A stretch of 64,000 nucleotides of DNA from Felis catus. Its lineage: Eukaryota. Below the pieces are notes generated by a model, which was not told the origin of the DNA, made no database searches, and saw only the letters and a list, made by a program, of their open reading frames with translations. Shown here piece after piece: positions 1 to 12,549 of this stretch; position 1 is the first letter of the stretch, and the number at the start of each line of letters is the position of its first letter. The position numbers and the translations under genes are program-made. The DNA lies in assembly GCF_018350175.1 (NCBI RefSeq), contig NC_058368.1, positions 169,510,001-169,574,000 of the forward strand. Direction: 5' to 3'.

Positions 1-299
1 TGATGCTTCGGTGTCAAAAAGGTACAGATCTATGTCCTCTATCTGGCACACACTGGCTTTTGCTCGCTGATTCCTCCCTGCTTGTCCACCCTTACCTCCC
101 ATCACTTAGCCCTTCTGAGCCACGTGGGTGTCCGCAGACTCTTGCTATTTCTTGCTTAGGAATTTGCCCGTCAGTTGAGCTTAGAGTTTGTTTGTTTTTT
201 TCCCCCTTTTGTGCACTGGTTAATCTCAGTATTACTCATTTTTCAAGACCCAGCTGAGACAATATTTTATCTTATTTCCAAAACCTTCCCTTATTGACT

Positions 300-715
300 C
301 CACTCTTCATTCAATAAATATTTACTGTGCTAGACTCCAGGGATATAGGTGATCAGTAAGACAGACCTGATCCCATCCTTCAAGGCAGAGCAGGGAAGAC
401 ATATAATTAAATGCAGTATCACAATCAAGTGTTTTCCTTCTATGGATGCGTGAAGGGGGTCTTGGAAGACTTCCTGAAGCAGGTGGTGGTATTCAAGCTG
501 AAACCTGAAAGGCGGTTAGAATTAGCCAGGTATGTAGGAGGTGGCAGAGGGTGGGGAAGGAATTCCAGGGTATGAGAAGAGAATTGTGATTATGGGCCAG
601 GGATTAGTAAGAGCTTGGCATGTTCAAACACCTGGACGCAGTGTCTGAGGCTGCAGCAGTGTGGAGGAAGGTGTGTGTGCTTGGGCTGGGTAATGTACGG
701 TGATCAGGGAGATGC
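300..715 (+). mobile_element. Probable ancient L2 LINE fragment
   Basis: tcattcaataaatatttactgtgctag...agacagacctgatccc...aagctgaaacctgaaagg resembles L2 3'-region motifs. Highly diverged, so the boundaries and orientation are approximate. Confidence 0.5.
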
Positions 716-739
716 AAATTATAACTACTCTAAGATTCT

Positions 740-1465
740 GTCCCCAACCTTTTAGAATGGCTAAAATCAAAAAGACTGCCAACACCAAGAGTTGACGAAG
801 AAGGTGCAGCACGAGGAAGGTGCAGCAATTGGAACTGCCCTATTGCCAGTGGGAATGTAAAATGGTACAACTGCTCTCTGAAAGCCACCAGAGTTTTCCA
901 GAGTTAAACATACATCATGTGGCCTAGGAGCCCCCTCCTAGGAATTTATCTAAGAGAAATGAAAACATGTTCACAAAAAGACTTGTTCACACATTTTCAT
1001 AGGGAAGTTTTCATAGTAACTTCAAACTGGAAACATTTCAAATGCCCATCAACAAGATAATAGATGAAAAACTTGTGGCATATTTGTGCAATGGAATACT
1101 CCTCAATGATGAAAAATAATGAATTACTGAGATGCATAGTAATATGGATGAATCTAAAGAATGTATAAAGCAAAAAAAAAAAAAAAAAGCCTGATGCAGA
1201 AGAGTAAATAGTGTATGATTTTATTTTATCAAGTGTAAGAGTAGCTCAGCTTATCTATTATGATGAAAATCATGAAGTAAGAAGAATGTCTTTCTCTTTG
1301 GGAGCAGTTGAGGTAGGAAACGATTGGAAAGAGGCACGAAGGAACTCTCTGAGTTAATGGAAATAGTCCATATCTTGTTTTGGTGATTACAGGGATGTAA
1401 ACAGTTGTCAAAGCTGATCAGACTAAACACATGTATATTGTGTGTTGTTGTCTCAATTAAAAGTC
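740..1465 (+). mobile_element. Old L1 (L1M-type) 3' ORF2 end and 3' UTR remnant
   Basis: agaatggctaaaatcaaaaagactg, gggaatgtaaaatggtacaac, aaatgcccatcaac and caatggaatact are canonical L1 3' motifs. No intact ORF. Confidence 0.8.
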
Positions 1466-1755
1466 TTTTAGAAAATACATTGCAGCCCTAAAATAATGAT
1501 AGGTCTATTTATTAACATGGAAAGATAGGTTGCTCATGGTATAGTATTAAGTAAAATAAGTTGGTTAAAAACTCTACCATGACCCCTTAATGCATTTATA
1601 GCAAGATATTTAGATTTTTAAATTCTATTCCTTAACCTCTTATGTATTTTCTGATTCATTTTGAATGAACATTTTATTTTATTTTGGAAAATGAGAACAT
1701 GAAGTAATATTTACTCTACAGTGAAATATTTAAAGGATAGCCTCTTTTCTTTTCA

Positions 1756-2362
1756 TTTTTTTAAGTTTTTATTTAAATTCCAGCAGCTAACACACAGTGT
1801 AATATTAGTTTCATGTGCACAATTTAGTGATTCAACACTTACATACAACACCCAGTGCTCATCACAAGTGCTTAATTCCCATCAACTAATTAACGCAATC
1901 CCTCACCCATCTTCTCTCTGGTAACCATCAGTTTGTTCTCTACACCCAATAATCTGTTTCTTGGTTTGTCTCTCTCTTTTTTCCTTCTATGAGCATTTGT
2001 TTTGTTTCTTAAATTCCACATGAGTGAAATCATACACTATTTGTCTTTCTCTGACTAATTTCACTTAGAATGATACTCTAGCTCTATCCACGTTGTTGCA
2101 AATGGCAAGATTTCATTCTTTTTATACCACTTCTTCTTTATCCACTTATCAGTCTATGGACATTTGGGCTTTTCCCATAAATGGCTATTGTTGATAATGC
2201 TGCTATAAACATCGGGGTGCATGTATCCCTTCGGATTAGTATTTTTGTATCCTTTGGGTAAAAATACTTAGTCGTGCAATTGCTGGGTCATAGGGTAGTT
2301 CTATTTTTAATTTTTTCAGGAGCTTCCATACTGTTTTCCACAGTGGCTACACCAGTTTGCAT
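1756..2362 (-). mobile_element. Carnivore L1 3' end, 5'-truncated, with internal deletions
   Basis: T-tract followed by atttaaattccag...cacccagtgctcatcacaagtg...aaattccacatgagtgaaatcatac...gttttccacagtggctacaccagtttgc. Confidence 0.88.
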
Positions 2363-2764
2363 AAAGAACATCGTCTTATTAAAACTTTACAGAAATGATT
2401 AATTGAGCCATCTAATATGGGAAATATTCTTAAATTAAATTTCATGACCATCTTATGCTATGGCTGTGTTAGTTTTCAATGCTTAGGAGAAATCAGAGTA
2501 TCACATTTATAGTTTAGAAAAATTTTTCATTAATGTTTTAATGTAAGTCCAAGTATATGCAGGGTACATAGTGAAGGGTAAGAGATAAACCACCCCTGTC
2601 TCCATGTCATCTAGTTCTTCCCACGGGACACAGCTGCTGTGAACAAACTTATTTTCTAGATATTCAGGAAAATATATGTAATACATACATATGTACAAAG
2701 ACATATGCATGTGTATTATGCAAATGGCAGCATGCTGTGCACATTGTACCGATTTTTTTAGGAG

Positions 2765-3710
2765 TTTTTTTTAAATTGTGGTAAAATATTCATAACATAA
2801 AATTTACCACTTCAGTGATTTTATGTGTACCATTTGGTAGCATTAGGTCCATTCACATTGCTGTGCAGCCATAACTTTCCTCTCTCTCTAGAACTTTTTC
2901 ATCATCTCAAACTAACTGTGTACCTGTTAAGAACTTGCCATTCACCTTCACCTTAGCCCCTGGCAACCACCATTCTATTTTCTGTTTCGAGAAGTTTGCC
3001 TACTTCAGGTACCTCATAAGTGGAATCATATAGTATGTGTCTCATTGTGTCTGGCTTTGCTTCACTCAGCATAAAGTCTTCAAGGTTCATCCATATTGAA
3101 ATGTGTCAGAATTCCCTTCCTTTTTAAGGCTGAATCAGGATAATTCATTGCATGATCTACCACATTTTGTTGATCTATTCATCCATCAAAGGACATTTGG
3201 GTAGTTTCTTTCTGTTCTTTTCTTTTTTCTTTTTTTAAGTTTATCTTATTTTGAGAGAGAGAGAGGGATAGAGTGAATCCCAAGCAGGCTCTGCACAAAT
3301 AGCACAGAGCCCAGCGCAGGGCTGGAACTTAGGAACCATGAGATCATGACCTGAGCCACTAAGAGTCAGATGCTTAACTGACTGAGCCACCCAGGCACCC
3401 CTGGGTTATTTCTACCTTTTGGCTCTTGTGAATAATACTGCTATGAGCATAAGTATACAAATATCTGTTCAGGTCCCTGCTTTTAATTCTTTTGTGTATC
3501 TATCCAGCAGTGGAATTACTGGATCATGTAGTAATCCTATGTTTAAATTTTTACAGGACCCCCGTGTTGTTTCCCACAGCAATTGCACCATTTTACATTG
3601 CTACCCATAATGTACAAGGTTTCCAGTTACTTTGCATCCTCATCAGAATCTATTTGCTGTGGGTTTTTTTTTATTTGTTTTGTTTCTATTTTTAATTTCC
3701 ATACTAATGT
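2765..3710 (-). mobile_element. Older L1 (L1MA/MB-like) 3' end, interrupted by a SINE
   Basis: aattgtggtaaaatattcataacataaaatttacca...ttagcccctggcaaccaccattcta...agtggaattactggatca. Confidence 0.8.
3210..3401 (-). mobile_element. CAN-SINE (older felid/carnivore subfamily)
   Basis: Ends in ...gatgcttaactgactgagccacccaggcacccc, with (GA)n and T-tail on the + strand. Degenerate TSD tgggtagtttct / tgggttatttct. Confidence 0.9.
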
Positions 3711-3729
3711 GTATTGTACCATGCTTTTT

Positions 3730-4930
3730 TAAAAAAATTTTTATGAATATAATTTATTGTCAGATTGGCTTACGAACAACACCTGGTGCTCATCTCAACA
3801 AGTGCCCTCCTCAATGCCCAGCACCCATTTTCCCTCTCCCCCGCCCCGCATCCACCCTCAGTTTGTTCTCTGTATTTAGGAGTCTCTTGTGGTTTGCCTC
3901 CCTCCCTCTGTGTTTGTAACTATTTTCCCCTTCCTCTTTCCTGATGGTCTTCTGTTGAGTTTCTCAAGATCCACATATGAGTGAAAACATATGATATCTG
4001 TCCTTCTCTGACTTATTTCACTTAGCATAATGATACCTTCCAGTTCCATCCACACTGGTGCAAATGGCATGATTTCATTCTTTCTCATTGCCAAGTGTAT
4101 TCCATTTTATGCATAAACCACGTCTTCTTTATCCATTCATCAGTTGATGGACATTTAGGCTCTTTCCATAATTTGGCTATTGTTGAAAGTGCTGCTGTAA
4201 ACATTGGGGTACAAGTGCCCCTGTGCATCAGCACTCCTGTATCCCCCTTAGGTAAATTCCTAGCAGTGCTATTGCTGGGTCATACATAGGGTAGATCTAT
4301 TTTTAATTTTTTGAGGAACCTCCACACTGTTTTCCAGAGTAGCTGCATCAGTTTGTATTCCCACCAACAGTGCAAGAGGGTTCCCATTTCTCCACATCCT
4401 CGCCAGCATCTATAGTCCCCTGATTTGTTCATTTTAACTGCTTTGACTGGCATGAGGTGGTATCTCAGTTTGGCTTTGATTTATATTTCCCTAATGATGA
4501 GTGATGTTGAGCATCTTTTTATGTATCTATTGGCCATCTGGATGTCTTCTTTGGAAAAATGTCTATTTATGTCTTCTGCCCATTTCTTCACTGGGTTATT
4601 TGTTTTTTGGGTGTTGAGTTTGGTAAGTTCCTTATAGATTTTGGATACTAGCCCTTTATCTGATATGTCATTTGCAAATATCTTTTCCCATTCTGTTGGT
4701 TGCCTTTCAGTTTTGTTGTTTGTTTCCTTTGCAGTGCAGAAACTTTTTATCTTGATGAGGCCCCAGTAGTTCACTTTTGCTTTTAATTCTCTTGCCTTTG
4801 GAGATGTGTCGAGTAAGAAATTGCTGTGGTTGAGGTCAAAGAGGTTGTTGCCTGCTTTCTTCTGTAGGATTTTGATGATTTCCTGTCTCACATTTAGGGC
4901 TTTCATCCATTTTGAGTTTATTTTTGTGTA
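3730..4930 (-). mobile_element. Relatively young felid L1, about 1.2 kb, 5'-truncated (ORF2 C-terminus plus 3' UTR)
   Basis: ORF 4481..4906(-) contains [12 protein letters not shown]...[26 protein letters not shown]...[18 protein letters not shown], typical of L1 ORF2. Flanked by a 15-bp TSD tgtaccatgcttttt at 3715 and 4931. Confidence 0.95.
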
Positions 4931-4999
4931 TGTACCATGCTTTTTAACCTTAATATCTTGGAGAACCTTCCAGGAGAGAAGAGCCCACCCTCCCCCCTC

Positions 5000-5233
5000 T
5001 TTTTTTATGTTTGTTTATTTATTAAAAATTTTTCTTAATGTTTATTTCTGAGAGAGAGAGACAGAATGTGACTGGGGGAGAAGCAGAGAGAGAGGGAGAC
5101 ACAGAATCCGAAGCAGGATCCAGGCTCTGAGCTGTCAGCACAGAGCCCAACGTGGAGCTTAAACTCATGAACTGCGAGATCATGACCTGAGATAAAGTCA
5201 GATGCTTAACTGACTGAGCCACCTAGGTGCTTC
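5000..5233 (-). mobile_element. CAN-SINE (SINEC_Fc-like)
   Basis: gagggagacacagaatccgaagcagg...gagatcatgacctgag...actgagccacc. Short flanking repeat gaagagccc. Confidence 0.92.
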
Positions 5234-7306
5234 TGAAGAGCCCCTTTTTTAAAGATGGTATAAAAATCTATATTATCAGTGGACCTTAATTTGTTTAACT
5301 CTTTGCAATGGATGCCCATGTAGTTTTATTTCTGGTCTTTTGTGAATGCATGGAATGTATCTTCATATGTAGTGTACATAATGCTTTTGTTTATTTTTAT
5401 ACTTTAAAATACTTCCTGACTTTTTTTAATGAATATGAATATTTTAATGAATATGAATATACAGAAGTATATATGCATTTTAAAATTTGATAGTTATTGC
5501 CAGCAATATGTGACAATACCTATGTCCATACATCCTTGATGTCATAGTGTGACGTCACACACAACATTTTGATGTTTCCAGTGTGATGAGTAAACGTGGC
5601 ATCTCATTGAAGTTGTAATTTGCACTTCCTTCTGAGTGAGACTAAATTTCTTTTCAGTTTGGGGAGCCAAGAATTTCTGAAATAAACGCTTCACATTCTT
5701 TGTTCACTTGTCTTATGAGGTCTTGGTACCCTTTTCTAAAAGGAACCCTGAGGGGTAAATATTGACCAAACTGGAGGAGACTCCTGCCTTCATGGAGCCT
5801 ACAGTCTGTTGAGGGAGAAAGACAGTAAACAGACAGTGTGTAATTAGATTTTGTGATAAATGCTATGAAAGAAATTTTAGGGTTTTCATGAAAGATAACA
5901 ATTTAGGTGGGATGGGATATGGTGGCTACGACGGGCTCCCAGTGGATCTGTAAGAGCCAGTGAGGTAGATGGTTTCTGGGGGGAGGTGGTGTTATTCCAG
6001 GAAGAAAGATTGCACAGACAGTTAACTAAAAGAAGGAGTATGGCTGGAATGAAGTGAGGAAGAAATGATGGGAGATAACTCATTTGCCATTTGTGCCTCG
6101 TGTACTAAATCTTTAAAGACAGGCATCAACAATATTGACAAGTATATGACGAATTTCCCCAATTATTTCTATATGAGGAATCTTAAAACAGATTTTACTT
6201 TTCTTATTAGGTACTTCCCATGAAAGGCATATGAATCAAGCAAATGATAAGCAAATGTTTTTAGGGTATTAATTGATTCATCGGGAGCCTCCATCTTTTT
6301 GAATTTTCCAGTTAACTAAATTTTTATTTAAGAATGAATCCCTGTACATCATCTTGTATTATTTCATATTTCCCCAGATGTATGATTACAAATTCAACTC
6401 GTTTTCTCATGTGAAATTAATTTGTGATTCTTTGAAGCTTGCTAAATGATGCATTTTTTACTACTAAGTTATCTGTAACAATTTCCCCATTAGGGAAAAA
6501 AGCTCTTTGAGTCTATCCTTCTGTGTGTGACCAAATTCCAAATGTGTGATGAGCCTACATAGGGAAAAAGTGACACTCAGAGAAAATGATTTGCAGCTTC
6601 ATGTGCTTGGCAAGTACATTCTTAAGTGTAAATTCTACATCTTAGGCAAAGTGAGCCTAATTTTGATCAGTTATTTAGTTAAGCTTTTTATACCAAATTC
6701 CCAAGCAATGAAATGGTAGAAACATAGAAATGTGTGATGCCGTTACCAGTAGTTACAAGTCAGCCATTTAAAAGAGTGAAACAGGAGTGTTTTGATTTTG
6801 AAAGTTAATTTTGAAAGTTAGTGCCTGGTTTCCTGTTTTCTAGATTTGCTGTGCGTATATATTTTCTTTCCTTCCCTTTTCCTGTCTTTTCACTTTTGCT
6901 TCTATATCTCATGTTTATTAGGAAATATGAGGAAAAATTGTACACGTAAAAAACTTGCCAAAAGCCAGTTTCTTGGCAGAAACTAAGCAATAGATCCTAT
7001 GGAGGGAGCATGTCTTTTTTGATTTTGTATTCTCCTAGTGCAGCGAAATAGCTCAGGTGATGCTTGTTGAATATGGAGTATATGGAAATTGGAAGCACCT
7101 GTATTTTTTCTAAGTAACTTTTTCTGTAGTTATAGGTATTTCCTGTTATGTGATTAAAAAATTATTAAAGTCTCAAATGTACAGTTGCGGTCCATCTTAA
7201 TTTTATTTTCATTATGTTGCTAACAGTGGCAGTTTTAAATATGGCACTTTTTTGTAGGCTAACATAGCTTTCCTGTTATTTTCCTGTTATTGCTTATATA
7301 CATTTT

Positions 7307-7400
7307 GGGGGGGGGGGGAGGCTGTGTGGCTCAGTCGGTTAAGCATCGACTCTTGGTTTTGGCTCAAGTCATGATCTCTTGGTTTGTGGGTTCTAGCCAC
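7307..7400 (+). mobile_element. CAN-SINE 5' fragment (tRNA-like head only)
   Basis: gtggctcagtcggttaagcatcgactcttggttttggctcaagtcatgatctc, with no (CT)n tract or A-tail. Confidence 0.8.
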
Positions 7401-7478
7401 AAGATTGAAGTTTTTATAAATAAAACTATGTCCCATTCTTTTCCACTTATTTAATCTGCTATTTTAATAGTATAAATA

Positions 7479-7689
7479 TTTTATTTTTTTAATGTTTATT
7501 TATGTTGAGAGTGAGAGAGAGTACGAGTATGAGCAGGGGAGAAGTGGAGGGAGAGAGAAGATCCCAAGCAGGCTGCACACTCAGCACAGAGCCTGACGCG
7601 GAGCTTGATCTCACAAACTGAATCATGAGATCATGACCTGCGCCAAAGTCAAGAATGGGACGCTTAACTGACTGAGCCACGGTCGTCCC
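7479..7689 (-). mobile_element. CAN-SINE
   Basis: Full-length antisense copy. TSD aatagtataaata / aatggtataaata. Confidence 0.92.
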
Positions 7690-8880
7690 AATGGTATAAA
7701 TACTGTAAAAATAGATTTCATAGCTTTATAGTCTGACCCACCAAAGTGTCTATTTTTGAGTAAGCCACAGTTACATGATAGCTTTTTAACTATAAAAATG
7801 GCTTTTATCAAGTAGAATGGCAGGTTTTACTTCATCACTGTTTTCTAGAATGTTTCAGATTCTTTTTATCTTTAACATTTCTTATTGCCTCTATTTTTTT
7901 TTCCCCCTTCTGTTTGGTCCTTGACTCTCCTTTTGATTGTTTTCTCCTGACTTCCTATCCTTCTCTGTTTCCTCTTTGTTTTAATCCCCTCAAGCTCAAT
8001 TTTTATATCGGCCTCTTTTCCTTAACTTTTCTTTTACAGTTAGCTCCTTTTAGATGTCTCACTGTCATATCAAACAGCCTTATCCAAATTTACGTTTATG
8101 ATCACAAAGTGACCTCTCTTCTCAACTGCACTGTGTGTTTAACACTGCCCCACCATCAGACACCAGGAATTAACAGTCCCAAGCCATGTGGGCTGTAATC
8201 CTTTCTTCTATCACCCCTGCTTTCCTAATTCCCACTGATTTTTCATGAAAACGCCTCCTGTCTCTCTCCTCTTCCATATTTCCTACCACTTTCGTATTCT
8301 AGGTCGTACCACCTCATACCTAAATTATTCCGAGACTCCTTTCCACCTGGCCCTGTGCTGACCGGTTTATTTTGTGTATGTCTCCGAGCTTCATCTAATG
8401 TAAAGCTTTCTGTAAAAAGCTGAGCTGAGAATCTCGTTACGCATCCCTCTTACATCTCACAACTATCAGAGTGCCTATTTATGTGCCAAACATGCTTCTC
8501 AGGGCTGGGTGTGGAAAAGTGAACAAAACAGCATATCCTGGTTCATGCTCTCTGGGAGCCTATGTTGTGTTCTGATGGTGGGTGGGGCTGAGGAGGGAGA
8601 GAGAGAAGACATGGAAATGAACAAGGTAATTCTGGTGTGTGATGGAGTGTGGTGGTATGGTGGGAGTATTTTTAGGTTAGGTGCTCAGGCTGACTTCTTT
8701 GGGTAGGTTTTATTTGAACAGAGACATGAGGACCACTGGGACCAGTCAGGTTGGGAAAAATAGGAGAGAAGAAAATAAGTAGGTGAGAATATTCTGGAAA
8801 ACATTTTAATGCATGGGAGGCTTTCCATGCCTTCCCAGAATGAAGTGACAAGACAGTCTTTAAGGTAACCGTTGTGTTCA

Positions 8881-9088
8881 GGGGCACCTGGGAGGCTCAG
8901 TCGGTTAAGTGTCTGACTTGGCTCAGGTCATGATCTCATGGTTCATGGGTTCAAGCCCCACGTCAGGCTCTGTGCTGACCTCTCAGAGCTTGGAGCCTGC
9001 TTCTAATTCTGTGTCTCGTCCTCTCTCTGCCCCTCCCCTGCTCATGCTCTGTGTCTCTCTCTCAAAAATAAACATTAAAAAAAAAAAA
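8881..9088 (+). mobile_element. CAN-SINE (SINEC_Fc-like)
   Basis: ggggcacctgggaggctcagtcggttaag...(CT)n...aataaacattaaaa. TSD gtaaccgttgtgtt. Confidence 0.95.
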
Positions 9089-9883
9089 GTAACCGTTGTG
9101 TTACCTTTCATACATGATTAATACATGATCATAGTAGCATCTGGGCATCATGGGGAGGGGAAAGAGATAGATTGTTTACAAAGACACCTGAGAAACTACT
9201 TGCTGTATATAGTAGGTGTGATTCTTTGCTCAGTTTGCTGTTTCTTGGAGCCCATTCATGCCTATGAGACAGGAATTACGTAGCAAAATAAAACTGATAT
9301 AGATGAAAAGTTCCATCATTGGAGTGATTTTTTTTTTTTTTCATTGTAACTTTTAGTTTTTTTAATCTGTAATTTCTCTTCTCTGTTCAGAAGCAGCCAA
9401 GACTTTGTTTGGCCAATTTATTTCTGAAATTTTCCAAAAGATCTGTTTACTGGAATACTGAGATAAGGAGTCACACTTCTATATTTGATGGCCAGAGATT
9501 AAATCCCAAATCTGTCCAGACATCTCAGGCTTCCAAGTACTGGCCATAAGATGTAAGAGCCTGGGTCTGGGCCAGAGCCTCCAGAGTGTGGCTAAATCGG
9601 GCAGTCGCCAGGAAGATAAGAAAGAGAACTGACTGGAAGTAGTTTGACAGTAAAAGGTCAGAAGAGCCTTGGATTTAGTTGTATTCATAAAGAAATGCAT
9701 TTTCTTTTTTTTTTTTTTTTTAATTTCCAGCTTCTGTACCATAAGTTCTTGATTTGGGCCTATGAGAATCCGAGGTTTGACTGGACATTTGGGTTTTTTT
9801 AGACACTCTTATGTGAATTGTTAGTTGGTGATTCCCATGGCAATACAGATTAACCTTTATGCAAGGAATTATTCATTCATTCT

Positions 9884-10086
9884 AATTATTTTATTATTTT
9901 TAAAAAATACTTATTTTTGACAGAGAGCATGAGTGGGGAGGTGCAGAGAGAGAGGGAGACAGAGGATCTGAAGCAGGCTCCTTACTGACAGCAGAGAGCC
10001 TGATGTGGGGCTTGAATTCATGAGCTGTGAGATCACCGCCTGAGCTGTAGTTGGACACTTAATCGACTGAGCCACCAAAGCGCCCC
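9884..10086 (-). mobile_element. CAN-SINE
   Basis: Antisense copy ending actgagccaccaaagcgcccc. TSD cattcattc. Confidence 0.92.
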
Positions 10087-10115
10087 CATTCATTCCGTTT
10101 TAAAAAGTGTGTCCA

Positions 10116-10338
10116 GGGGCGCCTGGGTGGCGCAGTCGGTTAAGCGTCCGACTTCAGCCAGGTCACGATCTCGCGGTCCGTGAGTTCGAGCCCCGCGTCA
10201 GGCTCTGGGCTGATGGCTCAGAGCCTGGAGCCTGTTTCTGATTCTGTGTCTCCCTCTCTCTCTGCCCCTCCCCGTTCATGCTCTGTCTCTCTCTGTCCCA
10301 AAAATAAATAAACGTTGAAAAAAAAAATTTTTTTTTGA
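10116..10338 (+). mobile_element. Young SINEC_Fc
   Basis: ggggcgcctgggtggcgcagtcggttaagcgtccgacttcagccaggtcacgatctcgcggtccgtgagttcgagccccgcgtc with CpGs largely intact. TSD aaaaagtgtgtcca. Confidence 0.97.
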
Positions 10339-11452
10339 AAAAAGTGTGTCCATTATCCACTCTGTCACTGATTATACGATTATGCATATGTTTGAATAAA
10401 TCAGATGTTGTGTTAATGCTGTGGATTCTGTTATAGGCTTTATAGGAAAATGTTAATCTTTTATGTCTGGTCTGCTTCAACTAAATTTGGCTTGGTACTT
10501 GACTGTTAGTGGTAGGTATCCAGTGATGTGTATCCTTATTAAAACTGCTGCTTTTTTTCTGAAATTTTACACTATTTTTCAAACCATCGTGCTGCAGACT
10601 GACAAGTCTGTGACATTTAAGGTGTTTGCTTAAATTCTTGACTTGTGTACTTCTTCAGGTACTTCTTCAAATTTTTAGTCATTTATCATTTTTTTCCTTG
10701 GAGGAAGCTATCATCTTGTAACAATTCAGTTGCTCTAGGGCTGGGAATCTAGTTACCTTGTATGGCATTATGGCAAAGGAGTACCCAATGGACGGATAAT
10801 GGTAATGTTAGAGCTTTTCACTCAATAATGTAAAATAAACTATACAGATAACATTTTAGCCGAATTTGGAGCAAAGTGCTTAATAATGTTTTCTATATTC
10901 CCAGAAGCATGTGATATTTACTAGCTTTACCTTTATTATTATTACTTTTGTGTAGTTTGCGTGATTAACTTACCAGTGTCAGAAAGACTAAAATAAATAT
11001 TGATTTTTTTCAATATAGGTGTATTGAAACAAATGTAGTACTTAAAATGACAGTCCTTCAATAAACCCTCATTCGGCATATACCACAAGTAAAGCGCTTT
11101 GCTAGGTGCTTTGCAAGATTCAGAAATAAGTCAGATGTGTTTCCGTCAGGATCTTTGAAGTTGTCCGGGAGATTATAACTTTATGAAAAGGAACTTCCAA
11201 AGTGACCTACAGTGGCTTTGCCTAGGGTGGAAGTGGTGGGGGGGAGTGTCACCACAGACACTTTACTAAGAATGTTTTATCACCAGGGTCACAAATTTGA
11301 AATTTATTCCCTGGTTTAAAAAACTTTTTTTAGTAACTAATATAAATACTGGTTACACTTAAGGGCTGTCCCTAATGTTTATGCTGTTTCAAATCTTTTA
11401 TTTGAACTTTTCTTGTGTGTTACTGTAAACTCCTATATTACTTTCTCTCCAG

Positions 11453-11580
11453 TTTGCTACAAAATGGTCAGTTTGAAATTGTGACAGGTGGCTGGGTTAT
11501 GCCTGATGAAGCTGCTGCACATTATTTTGCCTTAATTGACCAACTAATTGAAGGACATCAGTGGCTGGAAAAAAATCTAG
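11453..11580 (+). CDS. MAN2A1: Golgi alpha-mannosidase II, coding exon (probably exon 5), 128 nt
   Basis: Acceptor ctttctctccag| and donor |gtatgt. Translates [42 protein letters not shown], containing the GH38 GGWVMPDE motif. Ends in phase 1, matching the next exon. Confidence 0.97.
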
Positions 11581-11949
11581 GTATGTATTAATGTCTTTCT
11601 CCTTCATTTGGACAACTTTGGGCAGTTAATTTGGGGGAACATGAGATGAGGCTTTATTTATTTTTTTTTAAATAACCAGTTTTCCTAGTATTTTTTATCC
11701 CTCATCAATTTATGATGTTTATTTGATCATAAGCGAAGTTACATAAATGTAATATGGTCACTTTTACAGTCATCTACTTTGTAATCTATTATTTTATGTA
11801 TTATTCTTATTAATTTTAGAGTAGTTTTTTTCTAATAATATCCCACTGGGGTTTTAGTTTTATATTAGTTAAAACTATTAGTTAGAAGAGGCAAAAGTCT
11901 AATTTACTTGCCTAAGAAAAAAAAGCAAAAGAAGAATGAAAAGAAGGTA

Positions 11950-12400
11950 TTCGTTTTGTCATTGAGAATTACAGAGATATATATGGTAACTTCAGGTATG
12001 GTTGGATCCAGGGGACTCGAATTTTGTTGTCTAGGCACTGTCTCTTTTGGTTCTGCTTATTTTTTCATGGCTTTCATCTTCTCCTGGCTCTCTCCACATG
12101 GTGAGTAAGATGGCCATAGGCAACTAGGACTGTCATCTTCCTAGTTGAACCAGGAGAAGTTTTCCTTAACACCTTAACTAACTGGCTCACTTTGGATTAA
12201 GTGCATAACCCTGAGCCAGTTTCTGTGGCTAGAGGTATAGGAGCTGAAATCACCAAGGCCTAGTCAGCTCTTGGAAATGGTCGTGGGGCGAAAGGGTTCG
12301 TTGAAGGCAGGGTAAGCCTCACCTGAACCACGTGAATGGGTCGTCCACGAAAGAAGAATCCTGTTACTACTGGAAGAGGATGCTGCACTGATAAAATCAG
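11950..12400. mobile_element. Probable old MaLR (MLT1-type) solo LTR
   Basis: aacttcaggtatggttggatccaggggactc...tctctccacatggtgagtaagatggcc...actggctcactttggattaagtgc...ctgagccagtttctgtggctagagg resembles MLT1J/K-like LTRs. Confidence 0.55.
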
Positions 12401-12549
12401 ATGTTCACTATAACTTATTATGTGTTAATAATTGGTAAATCTGGTTGAAAACTTTATCGGAGTTCTTCATATGATTCCTACACCTTTTCTCAAGTTTGAA
12501 TTCTTCCAAAATAAAAATAAAGAATGAATGGGGGTGGCAGGGGTTTTAG

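Noticed and set aside
5424..5460. Small tandem duplications (tttaatgaatatgaatat twice; also gaaggtgcagca near 800-827 and aacccatagtttc near 41922-41949)
   Set aside because: Ordinary slippage duplications in intronic DNA. Not an array and nothing CRISPR-like.
8881..8960. tRNA-like A/B box sequences
   Set aside because: These are CAN-SINE heads, not tRNA genes. The same applies to every other SINE head in the window.
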